Source: a virus. From it: a stretch of 64,000 bases of DNA. The translations under genes and the position numbers were made by a program. Of this stretch, positions 37,827 through 48,024 are shown one piece after another; positions within the stretch are counted from its first letter, which is position 1, and the number at the start of each line of letters is the position of its first letter. The notes below the pieces were generated by a model that was given only the letters and a program-made list of their open reading frames with translations, was not told the DNA's origin and made no database searches. Location: the IMG/VR virus record IMGVR_UViG_3300042544_000912, positions 32,001-96,000 of that record. One strand, given 5' to 3'.

Positions 37827-38606
37827 ATGGCCACAACAATCCAAATAAAAAGCAGTGAGACCGTAAATTCCGTTCCAACTGCGGGTCAGTTGTCAACGGC
37901 TGAACTTGCGGTAAACTTGGCCGACGGGAAGCTATTCTCGAAAAAATCTGACGGAACAATCGTCACTCTAGCTGGCAATACAACCGCCACAACATATTAT
38001 ATTCCCACAATTCTAGGATTGATTACTGAGACTGCCGACTTTGGTACTGACTTTGGTTCTATTACTTCGGCTGTTAGCAGCGGTAATATGCAAGATACTA
38101 ATACGAACAGTGATGTTACGTTCGATTCAGTTGAAACCTCCAGTATAACTATTGGCGGGAAACAAGCGGTCAACGGTCCAGCATTCAGTGCTTATGCAGC
38201 CGCTACTGTGCAAACAATTACCAGCGGTTCACAGCAAAAGGTGTTATTCCAAACCGAAGAATTTGATACTAACAACAACTTTGCCAGTTCACGTTTCACA
38301 CCTACAGTAGCAGGTTACTATCAATTAAATGCTGAGGTTCGTTTTGATGGAACATCTGGCACAGGTGAAATGATGATTGTTCTTTATAAAAACGGTTCAG
38401 AATACAAGCGCGGCACAAACCAACAAGGCACACAAATAGCATCAAATTTCTGGGCGATGCAGGTTAGTTCGTTAGTATATGCTAATGGAACCACTGATTA
38501 CTTTGAAATATATGTTCAACAAGGTTCTGGTGGAAATTTAAATGTTACTGCTGTTAACAATCCGGCTATTACTTGGTTTAACGGTTGTATGTTGCGCGGG
38601 GCGTAA
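37827..38606 (+). CDS. Short fibre/adhesin with C-terminal C1q/TNF-like beta-sandwich
   Basis: MATTIQIKSS..GELAVN-type anchor; PAFSAY, VLFQTEEFD..NNF...RFTPTVAGYYQ and DYFEIYV motifs. Confidence 0.65.
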   Translation: MATTIQIKSSETVNSVPTAGQLSTAELAVNLADGKLFSKKSDGTIVTLAGNTTATTYYIPTILGLITETADFGTDFGSITSAVSSGNMQDTNTNSDVTFDSVETSSITIGGKQAVNGPAFSAYAAATVQTITSGSQQKVLFQTEEFDTNNNFASSRFTPTVAGYYQLNAEVRFDGTSGTGEMMIVLYKNGSEYKRGTNQQGTQIASNFWAMQVSSLVYANGTTDYFEIYVQQGSGGNLNVTAVNNPAITWFNGCMLRGA

Positions 38607-38614
38607 TATAAATA
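38607..38614 (+). promoter_or_regulatory. Late promoter TATAAATA upstream of gp13
   Basis: Exact consensus, intergenic. Confidence 0.8.
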
Positions 38615-38633
38615 GTCCGAAAGAGGAATACAA

Positions 38634-39602
38634 ATGGCAATTTCATCAAGACAAGGACTAATCGATTACTGTCTTCGCAGACTTGGATTTCCAGTAATCG
38701 AAATCAACGTTGATGACGATCAAATACAAGATCGTATCGATGATGCATTACAGTATTTCCAAGAGTTTCATTTTGATGGTGTAGAGAGAGTCTATCTCCA
38801 GCATCAAGTAACTGGCGCAACCCTAAGATTTTCTGGCCTTTCTACACCTTCTTTTGAAGACGGTGAAACGCTTATAGGCGCAACTTCTGGTGCATCTTGC
38901 AAAGTAGTATCAATCAGCGGTACAACTTTGAGTGTGTCTAAAGTTTCTGGTACATTCCAATCGGCAGAGACTGTCACTGGACAAAATTCTGGATTCAGTA
39001 GAGCATTAGCAACGACGAATTTTTACACCGCAGGTGATATTCAGAATGGATATGTATCCATCCCAGATGCCGTCATCGGTGTAATTAGAGTGCTTCCAGT
39101 CAATGGACCTAGCTCAGGTATGAATAACGCAAACAATATGTTTGATGTTATTTACCAATTCCGTATGAACGACATGTATAATCTCTTGTCGGCCGATATG
39201 ATTTACTACACTCAGATGAAGCAATATTTGTCAATGCTCGACATGCTTCTTGTCGGTGATAGATCATTCGCATATAATCGTAAGACAGATAAGCTAGAAA
39301 TTCATTGCAATTGGGAAGATGTATTCGACCCTGGCGATTTTATCATTGTTGAATGCTATCGTATTGTTGACCCAAATACATACACGCAAGTATATGATGA
39401 CCGATTCCTCAAAGAATATGCAACCGCATTGATTAAAAAGCAATGGGGTGATAACATGAAGAAGTTCGGTGGAATGCAATTACCAGGCGGTATTGTCATG
39501 AACGGACAACAAGTCTATGATGAAGCGGTAGAAGAAATTAGAATGATCCGTGCAGACATGCAAATGAGTTCGGAGCTGCCCGTCGATTTTATGGTAGGAT
39601 AA
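38634..39602 (+). CDS. gp13: Neck protein
   Basis: LIDYCLRRLGFPVIEINVDDDQIQDRIDDALQYF and FLKEYATALIKKQWG.NMKKFGGMQLPGG motifs. Confidence 0.92.
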   Translation: MAISSRQGLIDYCLRRLGFPVIEINVDDDQIQDRIDDALQYFQEFHFDGVERVYLQHQVTGATLRFSGLSTPSFEDGETLIGATSGASCKVVSISGTTLSVSKVSGTFQSAETVTGQNSGFSRALATTNFYTAGDIQNGYVSIPDAVIGVIRVLPVNGPSSGMNNANNMFDVIYQFRMNDMYNLLSADMIYYTQMKQYLSMLDMLLVGDRSFAYNRKTDKLEIHCNWEDVFDPGDFIIVECYRIVDPNTYTQVYDDRFLKEYATALIKKQWGDNMKKFGGMQLPGGIVMNGQQVYDEAVEEIRMIRADMQMSSELPVDFMVG

Positions 39603-39605
39603 AAA

Positions 39606-40256
39606 ATGGCAACAACTAGAAAAATTTTCACGGCAAACATGGGTGGTACTGTTGCCACCAATTATATTGGTCGCAGGGGAGAGATATTTTATGATGATAC
39701 TACAGGGGAACTTCGCAGATCAGATGGTGTAACTCCAGGCGGCATTTCAATTTTAACTCCATCCAATACCGATCGCACTCAAGGATGTTTTCACAAGAAA
39801 GCAAACATAACAGCCGCTGCTTCTAATACTGTGTATGCATTTGACTGGTATACAGATACTACTGCACATTTAACTGATGATGTAACTGTCACATCTGCCC
39901 AACCATCTAGAGTGGTGCTTTCCAACGATGGTACTTATAAAGTATTTTTAGAAATGCAAGTAAAAAGCACTGGTAATGCCGAGCGTGATGTTTTTATTTG
40001 GTTAGCAAAGAATGGCGCTGACATTGCTGAAACTGCCGTTAAGATTCAAATCAGAGGTGGTGGGTTGGTAAACCCAGTATATCAACTACTTGCCAAACAA
40101 TGGATTATTGACGATATTGAGGCCGACGATTATATTGAATTGCGCTTTGCTCTAAGCGATCATGACAGAATTAGTCTCGAATACACCGCCGCACAAACTA
40201 CACCTTATGTGAGACCTGCAGTTGCAAGTGCAGTCTTTACGATAACATCGGTATAA
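39606..40256 (+). CDS. Short fibre-like protein inserted between gp13 and gp14
   Basis: N-terminal GRRGEIFYD..TGELRRSDGVTPGG (Mtd_N-like); C-terminal C1q/BclA-like strands (GTYKVFLEMQV, IWLAKNG, DYIEL). Confidence 0.55.
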   Translation: MATTRKIFTANMGGTVATNYIGRRGEIFYDDTTGELRRSDGVTPGGISILTPSNTDRTQGCFHKKANITAAASNTVYAFDWYTDTTAHLTDDVTVTSAQPSRVVLSNDGTYKVFLEMQVKSTGNAERDVFIWLAKNGADIAETAVKIQIRGGGLVNPVYQLLAKQWIIDDIEADDYIELRFALSDHDRISLEYTAAQTTPYVRPAVASAVFTITSV

Positions 40257-40262
40257 TTTATC

Positions 40263-41018
40263 GTGCCTACCAACTTCTACTTTCAATCAGGAAATACTTC
40301 AGGTACAACAGGCGAACAACGTCTGCTGGAGGATTTGATTATCGAAAGTATGAAAATTTATGGGCATGATGTTTATTATCTACCTAGAACCATAATGAAC
40401 AAAGATAATATTCTACTTGAAGACCCATTATCATATTTTGCTCAGGCATATCCCCTAGAAATGTATCTTGAAAATACAGAAGGTTTCGAGGGTGAGGGTG
40501 AGTTATTGACAAAGTTTGGCTTTGAGTTTAGATCGAATGCTACTTTTGTTGTTGCTAGACGCCGCTGGGAAGAATCTGTGGGTCGTAATGCAGTCAATCT
40601 ACAGCTACCAGAACGTCCAGCGGAAGGCGATTTGCTTTTCTTTCCTAAGACAAAGACTTTCTTCCAAATCAATTATGTGGATTTTCTAAATCCATTCTAC
40701 CAACTCGGTAAGATTTACACATATAAAATGTCTTGTCAAGTATTTGAATTTAGCTCAGAGACTATTAATACTGGCATCGAAGAGATTGATAGTATCACAG
40801 ATGGTAAAACACAGGATACTCTCGGATGGCAACTTATTATGCAAAGTGGAGATTATGTCCTCGATAGTAAGGCAGCCACGATTATTCTACAACAGAGCGG
40901 TACAGCCAATGTTGACCCTCTAGACCAGACTAACGATATTGAAACAGAGGCAGGTGAATTCTTAGACTTTACCGCATTTAATCCATTCGGTGAAGTTCAA
41001 ATAAGGACAGCGGCATAA
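40263..41018 (+). CDS. gp14: Neck protein
   Basis: EQRLLEDLIIESMKIYGHDVYYLPR, RPAEGDLLFFP and FYQLGK motifs. Confidence 0.92.
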   Translation: MPTNFYFQSGNTSGTTGEQRLLEDLIIESMKIYGHDVYYLPRTIMNKDNILLEDPLSYFAQAYPLEMYLENTEGFEGEGELLTKFGFEFRSNATFVVARRRWEESVGRNAVNLQLPERPAEGDLLFFPKTKTFFQINYVDFLNPFYQLGKIYTYKMSCQVFEFSSETINTGIEEIDSITDGKTQDTLGWQLIMQSGDYVLDSKAATIILQQSGTANVDPLDQTNDIETEAGEFLDFTAFNPFGEVQIRTAA

Positions 41019-41794
41019 TGTTTTTGAAACAACAATTCTATCACCAGCACATTCGTAAAGCAATCATTGCTTTCGGAACTATATTCAATCAACTTACGGT
41101 TCAGCGCAAAAATGCAGCGGGTGAAATTGCACAGTCAATTAGAGTTCCGTTGGCATACGGACCTAAAGATAAGTTTCTAGCAAGAGTTGCCGCGGTATCT
41201 GGAAATGACCCTGCTTCTGTGGCGATTACATTACCGAGAATTGGTTTTGAGATTACGGGTCTTCAATATAATCCACAACAGAAATTAAATATTCTTACTA
41301 AGAATATAGCAGTGGGTGTTGGAGATGATGCTGATAAAGTGAGAGTTCAATATACTAGCACACCGTATAATCTGTCAATCTCTTTATTCATTATGACTAA
41401 AAATCAGGACGACGGCCTTCAAATCATCGAACAAATTTTACCGTTCTTCAATCCAGATTTTTGTGTGTCTATCACAGATATACCAGAGATGGGAATCAAA
41501 AGAGATTTACAAATTATACTAGAGAATATTTCGTATGAGGATAATTACGAGGGTGAGTTTACTCAGAGACAATCAATCATATGGAATTTAAACTTTACAC
41601 TTGGTGTAAACTTCTATGGTCCAGTTGATATGCAGGGTTACATTAAAACTGCTATTGCAAATACATATGCAAATATCAATCCTGATCCCGACACCTCTGA
41701 AAAAATTAAATATCAAGTAACCTATACGCCTAATGATGCATCCTATCTAGACGATTGGAGTTATGTGGAGCAATTTGATGAAGCCTACGAATAA
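41018..41794 (+). CDS. gp15: Tail sheath stabiliser / terminator
   Basis: FYHQHIRKAIIAFGTIFN, VPLAYGPKDKFLAR, LPRIGFE and QILPFFNP motifs. Confidence 0.92.
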   Translation: MFLKQQFYHQHIRKAIIAFGTIFNQLTVQRKNAAGEIAQSIRVPLAYGPKDKFLARVAAVSGNDPASVAITLPRIGFEITGLQYNPQQKLNILTKNIAVGVGDDADKVRVQYTSTPYNLSISLFIMTKNQDDGLQIIEQILPFFNPDFCVSITDIPEMGIKRDLQIILENISYEDNYEGEFTQRQSIIWNLNFTLGVNFYGPVDMQGYIKTAIANTYANINPDPDTSEKIKYQVTYTPNDASYLDDWSYVEQFDEAYE

Positions 41795-42242
41795 TCAATA
41801 CGATAAACTAGATGCCATTTTTGGCACTCACATGGACGAAGTTCTAAGTTCGAAAGAAGAAAAACTACCAGCAGTGGTCGAAGAACCACCGGTACCAGTA
41901 ATTGTGTCCACCGGTGATGATATCGAGGATGATTATCTAGCGGCCCGAAAGAAACTAAACGATTTGATTGGTACCAGTCAACAGGCACTCGATGGTATGT
42001 TGAATGTCGCTCTCGCAAGCGATAGTCCTCGTGCGTATGAAGTTGTAGGTCAGTTGATAAAAACCACTGGCGATGCTGCAAAAGACCTTCTTGATTTGCA
42101 AGCCAAGAAAAAGAGATTACGAGAAGAAGAACCCAAGAAACAGAATATTGATACACAAAACAATATAATCTTTTCAGGTTCCACTTCCGATTTACTCAAA
42201 GCATTGAAAGCAGAGAAAGCAAAAGTCATAGATCATGAGTGA
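41778..42242 (+). CDS. gp16: Terminase small subunit
   Basis: DDYLAARKKL..LI, SDSPRAYEVVGQLIK and NNIIFSGSTSDL; start moved to ATG 41778 (GGAG RBS). Confidence 0.88.
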   Translation: MKPTNNQYDKLDAIFGTHMDEVLSSKEEKLPAVVEEPPVPVIVSTGDDIEDDYLAARKKLNDLIGTSQQALDGMLNVALASDSPRAYEVVGQLIKTTGDAAKDLLDLQAKKKRLREEEPKKQNIDTQNNIIFSGSTSDLLKALKAEKAKVIDHE

Positions 42243-43878
42243 GGAATCCTCGTACCACGGTAATATTAACTTAAAGCCGATTGGTCATAAACACAACTTC
42301 ACACTAGAACAACTGGCAGAAATTGAAAAGTGCCAGGAAGATCCAATTTATTTTATTGAAAACTATTGTCAGATTGTTACACTGGACTATGGTCTCCAGC
42401 TGTTCAAGTTGTATGATTGTCAGAAAGAAAAAGTTCTTCACATTCTTGGAAATCGTAAAGCAATTCTGATGGAAGGACGCCAGCAGGGTAAGACTATTAC
42501 CTCTGCAGCCTGTATTCTTTGGTATACTCTCTTTCAAGACAGCAAGACGGTCGCTATCATGGCCAACAAGACGGCTGCGGCCCGTGAAGTTATGGCTCGT
42601 TATCAGGGTATGTATGAAAACTTACCGCTATGGATGCAGCAAGGTGTCAAGACATGGAACAAAGGTGACGTAGAGCTGGAGAACGGCTCTAAGATTTTTA
42701 CCGCTGCTACAACCGCATCTGGTATTCGTGGTAAGTCAGTTAACTGGCTATACATTGACGAAGCGGCAATTATTCCAAATACCGTCGCAGAACAATTCTT
42801 TGCTTCTGTTTATCCTACCATTTCTGCTGGTCAGACAACAAAGATTCTTCTGACTTCTACTCCTCTCGGCTACAATCACTTCTGGAAGTTCTGGAATGAA
42901 GCGGAGAAGGGTAACAATGGCTTTGTGCCAATGTTCATTCCTTACCACAGAATTCCGGGTAGAGATGAAGCATGGGCAGAAGAACAGCTCCGCTTACTTG
43001 GAGAACTAAAGTTCAACCAAGAAGTTCTCTGTGAGTTTCTTGGCTCAAGCAACACACTGATTAGTGCTAAGACTTTGGGCGCTATGAGTTCTATCGATCC
43101 TATTCACACGAAAGATGGACTGGATATTTTCGAAGAACCAATCGAAGGCCATATCTATGCAATGGGTGTAGATACGGCTCGCGGTGTAGGTGGAGACTAT
43201 TCTGCTTTCACACTTTTGGATGTTACCGAAGCGCCATACAGACTGGTGGCTAAGTATCGTGATAATAAAATTGCTCCGATGCTGTTTCCTAACATCGTAG
43301 CTAAGGTAGGTACCGAATACAACAAGGCATATATTCTTGTTGAAATTAATGATATCGGTCAACAAGTGGCAGATATTTTACACATGGAGTTAGAGTATGA
43401 TAATATTCTTACTACCGTTAAGACTGCACTAAAGCAATATCTATCACCTGGCTTTGGTACAAAGACCCAGCGCGGTGTTAGAATGACGAAGCAAGTAAAG
43501 AGACAGGGATGTTTTGCCCTTAAATCTCTACTCGAAGAACAAAAATTATTAGTATTTGATGCGGAAACTATTTCCGAGTTCTCTACTTTCATTGAAAAGC
43601 AGGGGTCTTGGCAGGCAGACGAAGGTTACTTTGATGACCTTGTAATGAGTCTTGTTCTATTAGCATGGATGACAAGTAATCCATACTTTAAAGATATGAC
43701 AAATGTTGACATTCGTGAGAAGATGTATAAAGATCAAATGGACAGCATCGAGGATGAACTAACTCCATTTGGGACAATAAGCAATGGACACCAAGAAGAC
43801 TATTTCGTATCAAATGGTGATTTATGGACAGTGTCCCAAGATGATGATGAACCTCGCCGCTCAGGTTGGTTACTGTAA
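42235..43878 (+). CDS. gp17: Terminase large subunit
   Basis: Walker A-like GRQQGKT, Walker B LYIDEAA, nuclease MGVDTARG and FDDLVMS; uninterrupted. Confidence 0.96.
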   Translation: MSEESSYHGNINLKPIGHKHNFTLEQLAEIEKCQEDPIYFIENYCQIVTLDYGLQLFKLYDCQKEKVLHILGNRKAILMEGRQQGKTITSAACILWYTLFQDSKTVAIMANKTAAAREVMARYQGMYENLPLWMQQGVKTWNKGDVELENGSKIFTAATTASGIRGKSVNWLYIDEAAIIPNTVAEQFFASVYPTISAGQTTKILLTSTPLGYNHFWKFWNEAEKGNNGFVPMFIPYHRIPGRDEAWAEEQLRLLGELKFNQEVLCEFLGSSNTLISAKTLGAMSSIDPIHTKDGLDIFEEPIEGHIYAMGVDTARGVGGDYSAFTLLDVTEAPYRLVAKYRDNKIAPMLFPNIVAKVGTEYNKAYILVEINDIGQQVADILHMELEYDNILTTVKTALKQYLSPGFGTKTQRGVRMTKQVKRQGCFALKSLLEEQKLLVFDAETISEFSTFIEKQGSWQADEGYFDDLVMSLVLLAWMTSNPYFKDMTNVDIREKMYKDQMDSIEDELTPFGTISNGHQEDYFVSNGDLWTVSQDDDEPRRSGWLL

Positions 43879-43890
43879 CTTTCACATTTT

Positions 43891-43898
43891 TATAAATA
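43891..43898 (+). promoter_or_regulatory. Late promoter TATAAATA upstream of gp18
   Basis: Exact consensus, intergenic. Confidence 0.82.
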
Positions 43899-43950
43899 AA
43901 AACATAAAAAGACAAGTTAATATTGTCAAGTTTACAACGAGGAGAAGAAT

Positions 43951-45636
43951 ATGGCTTTTCAATTATCGCCAGGTGTCCTAGTAGCAGAAAAGGATTTAAC
44001 AAACGTTATTCCTGCCGTATCGACTTCGGCAGGTGCGTTTGTAGGTAACTTCAACTGGGGCCCAGTATCAGAAATTTTTACCGTAGGTTCAGAAAATGAA
44101 CTACGCAAGTATTTTGGTCTACCACTAGACAGCACCGACTGGTTCACTGCCGCCAACTTCTTGGCATATGGCAACAACCTGCAGCTTGTTCGTGCAGCGG
44201 GCGAAGACGCATTAAATGCTACCGCAGAAGGTACTGGCGTATTTATTCCAAATCAAGATGTTTATGAAGCAGTTTATGCATCAGGCAGCACAAATGACCA
44301 TGGTGAAGTAGCTGCTAAATATCCTGGTATATACGGCAACAGCCTCGAAGTTCAATATGCCGACGCAACTTCGTTTGCAGGCTGGGAGTATGCTTCATAC
44401 TTTGATGCTGCACCAGGCACAAGTGCGCAGGCTGCGGCTGTTGGCTGTTCAAATGACGAACTACACATTGTAGTTGTCGATACAGCTGGTCGTTTTTCGG
44501 GTGCAAACGGTACAGTAGTTGAAAGATTTGCTTTTGCTTCTAAGCAACTTGGTAACAAGCTGGCAGATGGTACAAACAACTACTACAAAGAAGTTCTAAA
44601 CCAGCAATCACAGTATGTCTGGTGGATGGATCACCCAGAAGGTAGAAACTGGGGTGCGCCTGCCTCAACTGCATTCGATGGCACAGAAGCGGACGGTCAA
44701 GCAACTGGCCAAGACCCTCTAGTCATGGATTTAGATGGTGGTGCCCTTGATACTCCGTCAACCGGCGACCTGCAAGATGCATATAGCCTGTTTGCAAACA
44801 AAGAGATTGTCGATATTTCACTCGTTCTAACTGGGGGTCACGCCGCAAGCGTAGTTCAACACGCAATCGATAACATTGCATTGGCTCGCCTAGATTGCGT
44901 TGTATTCCTTTCGCCACCTCTTGCATCTGTATACAACAATGCTGGTAATGAAGCTGCCGATGTCGTTGAATATCGCCAAGAAGATATCAATCGCAACACT
45001 TCATACGCCGTTATGGACTCCGGTTGGAAGCGCCAATATGATCGCTATAATGATGCATACATCAATGTTCCTTTGAACGCTGATACTGCTGGTCTATGCG
45101 CCCGCACAGATCAAACAAACGATGCATGGTGGTCACCTGCTGGCTTCAATCGCGGTCAACTCAAGAATGTTGTTAAGTTAGTTTGGTCTCCAAATCAGAC
45201 AGAACGCGACACACTTTACAAGAATGGTGTTAACCCAGTAGCTACCTTCCCAGGTGAAGGCACTCTACTGTATGGTGATAAGACACTTCTTGCTAAGCCA
45301 AGCGCATTCGACCGTATCAACGTTCGCCGTCTATTCATTGTTCTTGAAAAGGCTATCGCAACTGCGGCTAAGTATCAACTCTTTGAGTTCAACGATGTCT
45401 TTAGTCGCGCACAGTTCCGTTCGATGGTTGAACCATTCCTACGTGACGTTCGCGGCCGTCGTGGCATCTATGACTTCCGTGTTGTTTGCGATGAAACAAA
45501 CAACACTGGCGAAGTTATCGACCGCAACGAATTCGTTGCTGATATCTACATCAAGCCAGCACGTTCGATCAACTTCATCTACCTGAACTTTGTTGCGGTT
45601 CGTACCTCAGTATCGTTCACAGAAGTTGGCGCCTAA
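43951..45636 (+). CDS. gp18: Tail sheath protein
   Basis: QLSPGVLVAEKDLT, WGP, WWSPAGFNRG, SAFDRINVRRLFI and IKPARSINFI motifs. Confidence 0.96.
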   Translation: MAFQLSPGVLVAEKDLTNVIPAVSTSAGAFVGNFNWGPVSEIFTVGSENELRKYFGLPLDSTDWFTAANFLAYGNNLQLVRAAGEDALNATAEGTGVFIPNQDVYEAVYASGSTNDHGEVAAKYPGIYGNSLEVQYADATSFAGWEYASYFDAAPGTSAQAAAVGCSNDELHIVVVDTAGRFSGANGTVVERFAFASKQLGNKLADGTNNYYKEVLNQQSQYVWWMDHPEGRNWGAPASTAFDGTEADGQATGQDPLVMDLDGGALDTPSTGDLQDAYSLFANKEIVDISLVLTGGHAASVVQHAIDNIALARLDCVVFLSPPLASVYNNAGNEAADVVEYRQEDINRNTSYAVMDSGWKRQYDRYNDAYINVPLNADTAGLCARTDQTNDAWWSPAGFNRGQLKNVVKLVWSPNQTERDTLYKNGVNPVATFPGEGTLLYGDKTLLAKPSAFDRINVRRLFIVLEKAIATAAKYQLFEFNDVFSRAQFRSMVEPFLRDVRGRRGIYDFRVVCDETNNTGEVIDRNEFVADIYIKPARSINFIYLNFVAVRTSVSFTEVGA

Positions 45637-45669
45637 TAACCCGACTAAATAGAAATAGGAGATTTATAA

Positions 45670-46182
45670 ATGGATATTTCAAAGTTTAAGGGGTTACTAG
45701 GGGCTGGTGGTGCAAGACCAAACCAATTCCGTGTTATTCTAACATTCCCAGGCTACGTTTCTTCGGTGCCTGATACAGAATACTCGCTACTGGTTACTGG
45801 TGCGGCACTTCCTGCGTCAACAGTAAACCCAACAATCATTCAATATCGCGGCCGCGAAGTTAAGTTGGCAGGTGAGCGCATCTTTGATCCGTTCACAATC
45901 ACAGTTGTCAATGATACTAATATGTCGCTTCGTCGCCCATTCGAAGAGTGGATGAATGGCATGAACGATTTAGAAGCCAACACTGGTATTCTAAATCCAA
46001 TCGACTATCAGGTCGATATGTCAGTTGAACATCTTGATCGTAATGACGACCCACTTATGACTTATGTTCTTTATAATGCTTTCCCGATTAACATGTCGGA
46101 AATTGGTTTACAGTATGGTCAGAATGACGTAATTGAAGAGTTCACAGTAACCTTTAACTACTCACATTATCTGACTGCATAA
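45670..46182 (+). CDS. gp19: Tail tube protein
   Basis: GGARPNQFRV, ALPAS..NP..IQYRGR and IEEFTVTF motifs; follows the sheath gene; ACTAAATA late-promoter variant at 45644-45651. Confidence 0.93.
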   Translation: MDISKFKGLLGAGGARPNQFRVILTFPGYVSSVPDTEYSLLVTGAALPASTVNPTIIQYRGREVKLAGERIFDPFTITVVNDTNMSLRRPFEEWMNGMNDLEANTGILNPIDYQVDMSVEHLDRNDDPLMTYVLYNAFPINMSEIGLQYGQNDVIEEFTVTFNYSHYLTA

Positions 46183-46205
46183 TTCAATCCAACTAGGATA
46201 ATTTA

Positions 46206-47780
46206 ATGCAGATTTTTGGTTATAAAATTGAAAAGTCTACGGCGCCACAAACTGAGAAATCATTTGTGGCGCCAACGGACGATGGTGGCGTAGAAACTAT
46301 CAGAGCCGGTGGCTACTATGGTACATACATCGATATCGATGGTACCGCAAATAATGAAATAGAATTAATTCGTAAGTATCGTGATATTTCTATGATGGCA
46401 GATATTGATACTGCTATCGATGATATCGTAAATGATTCAATTGCAAATCTTGACGACGAAGCACCAGTAAAACTTGATCTTGACGAAGTAGATTTGTCAA
46501 AGAATATTAAAAAAATGGTGCAAGAGGAATTCCAAACACTTCTCAATATGTTGGACTTCAATCTAAGAGCGCAAGATTACTTTAGACATTGGTATATTGA
46601 TGGCAGACTATTCTTCCATAAGGTTGTTGATACTGCCAATCTAAAGAAGGGTCTAACGGACATTCGTTATATTGACCCGAGAAAAATTAAGAAGATGAGA
46701 GAGATCCTTAAAGAAAAGGATACAAAAACGGGCGTAGAGTTCATTAAAGATATTAAAGAATATTTTATCTACAATGAACGTGGTCTAGTTCCAAACAAGA
46801 CATTCACTCCAGCTGCATCACTCACTTCAACAGCCGGTGCCACCATGCGCATCGAAAAAGATTCTATCTGCTTTGTTCCTTCTGGCTTGAAGGACATGGA
46901 CAGAAACATGCCACTTTCTTATTTGCACAAGGCTATTCGCCCAGCAAATCAGTTGCGTATGATGGAAAATGCCGCAGTCATCTATCGTATCACTAGAGCG
47001 CCGGAGCGCCGTGTATTCTACGTTGACGTTGGTAATCTTCCAAAGATTAAAGCCGAACAGTATCTCAAGGGTATCATGAACCAGTATCGTAACAAAGTTG
47101 TTTACGATTCTCAGACTGGCGAAATCCGTGACGATAAAAAGTTTATGTCAATGCTTGAAGATTTCTGGTTGCCGCGCCGCGAAGGTGGTAGAGGCACACA
47201 GATTGAAACTCTACCAGGTGGTCAGGGTCTAGGCGAAATGGGAGACATCGAATACTTCCAGCGCAAACTATATCAAGCGTTGAACGTTCCTATGTCAAGA
47301 CTGGAACAACAGACCGGTCTAAACTTTGGTCGTGCCGCTGAAATCAATAGAGACGAATGGAAGTTTACGAAGTTTATTTCTAAACTGCGCCGCCGTTTCA
47401 CACTTCTATTTGATGATCTACTAAAGACACAACTTATTCTCAAGGGTATCATTACTGAGGCCGATTGGGAAAAGATGAAGTATGATATCAAGTATGTTTT
47501 TGCAACAGATGCTTTCTATACAGAATCCAAAGAACAGCAAATTCTACAATCTAGAGTTGAAATTCTTCAAGGTGTTGCACCGTTTATCGGCACAATGTAT
47601 AGTAAAGAATACGTTCAAGAAAATATTCTCAAATTGTCAGACGACGAAATTGAAGCGATTAAGAAGCAAAATGATGCAAGTCCTCCTGAAGTTTCGCCGC
47701 CCGACTATTCACCACTAGAAGGCGAACCGCCAGCGGCGATTCAACAACAAAATCAAGGACAAGATGATGGACAACAGTAA
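46206..47780 (+). CDS. gp20: Portal vertex protein
   Basis: WYIDGRLFFHKV, IYRITRAPERRVFYVDVGNLPK.KAEQY and EDFWLPRREGGRGT motifs. Confidence 0.96.
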   Translation: MQIFGYKIEKSTAPQTEKSFVAPTDDGGVETIRAGGYYGTYIDIDGTANNEIELIRKYRDISMMADIDTAIDDIVNDSIANLDDEAPVKLDLDEVDLSKNIKKMVQEEFQTLLNMLDFNLRAQDYFRHWYIDGRLFFHKVVDTANLKKGLTDIRYIDPRKIKKMREILKEKDTKTGVEFIKDIKEYFIYNERGLVPNKTFTPAASLTSTAGATMRIEKDSICFVPSGLKDMDRNMPLSYLHKAIRPANQLRMMENAAVIYRITRAPERRVFYVDVGNLPKIKAEQYLKGIMNQYRNKVVYDSQTGEIRDDKKFMSMLEDFWLPRREGGRGTQIETLPGGQGLGEMGDIEYFQRKLYQALNVPMSRLEQQTGLNFGRAAEINRDEWKFTKFISKLRRRFTLLFDDLLKTQLILKGIITEADWEKMKYDIKYVFATDAFYTESKEQQILQSRVEILQGVAPFIGTMYSKEYVQENILKLSDDEIEAIKKQNDASPPEVSPPDYSPLEGEPPAAIQQQNQGQDDGQQ

Positions 47781-48024
47781 CATTAGTGACTTAATAAATA
47801 ACATTGAAAGCGGCACTTTTGCAGATGCCGAACAAGTTTTTAATGATATTATGGACCTTAAAGCAGGCGAACATTTAGATCAAATGCGACAAGATATGGC
47901 AGCCGGAATTTATAACGACACGCCAGAAGATAATGATGTTGAAGATTTCGACCACTATGAAATCACCGACGAAAATGACCATGGCGATTTAGAAGAAATA
48001 GAGGACACCGATGACGACCTATAA
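47764..48024 (+). CDS. gp67: Prohead core protein (gp67-like), acidic
   Basis: Small acidic ORF directly after the portal gene; LINNIESG.F.DAEQVF pattern. Confidence 0.6.
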   Translation: MMDNSNISDLINNIESGTFADAEQVFNDIMDLKAGEHLDQMRQDMAAGIYNDTPEDNDVEDFDHYEITDENDHGDLEEIEDTDDDL

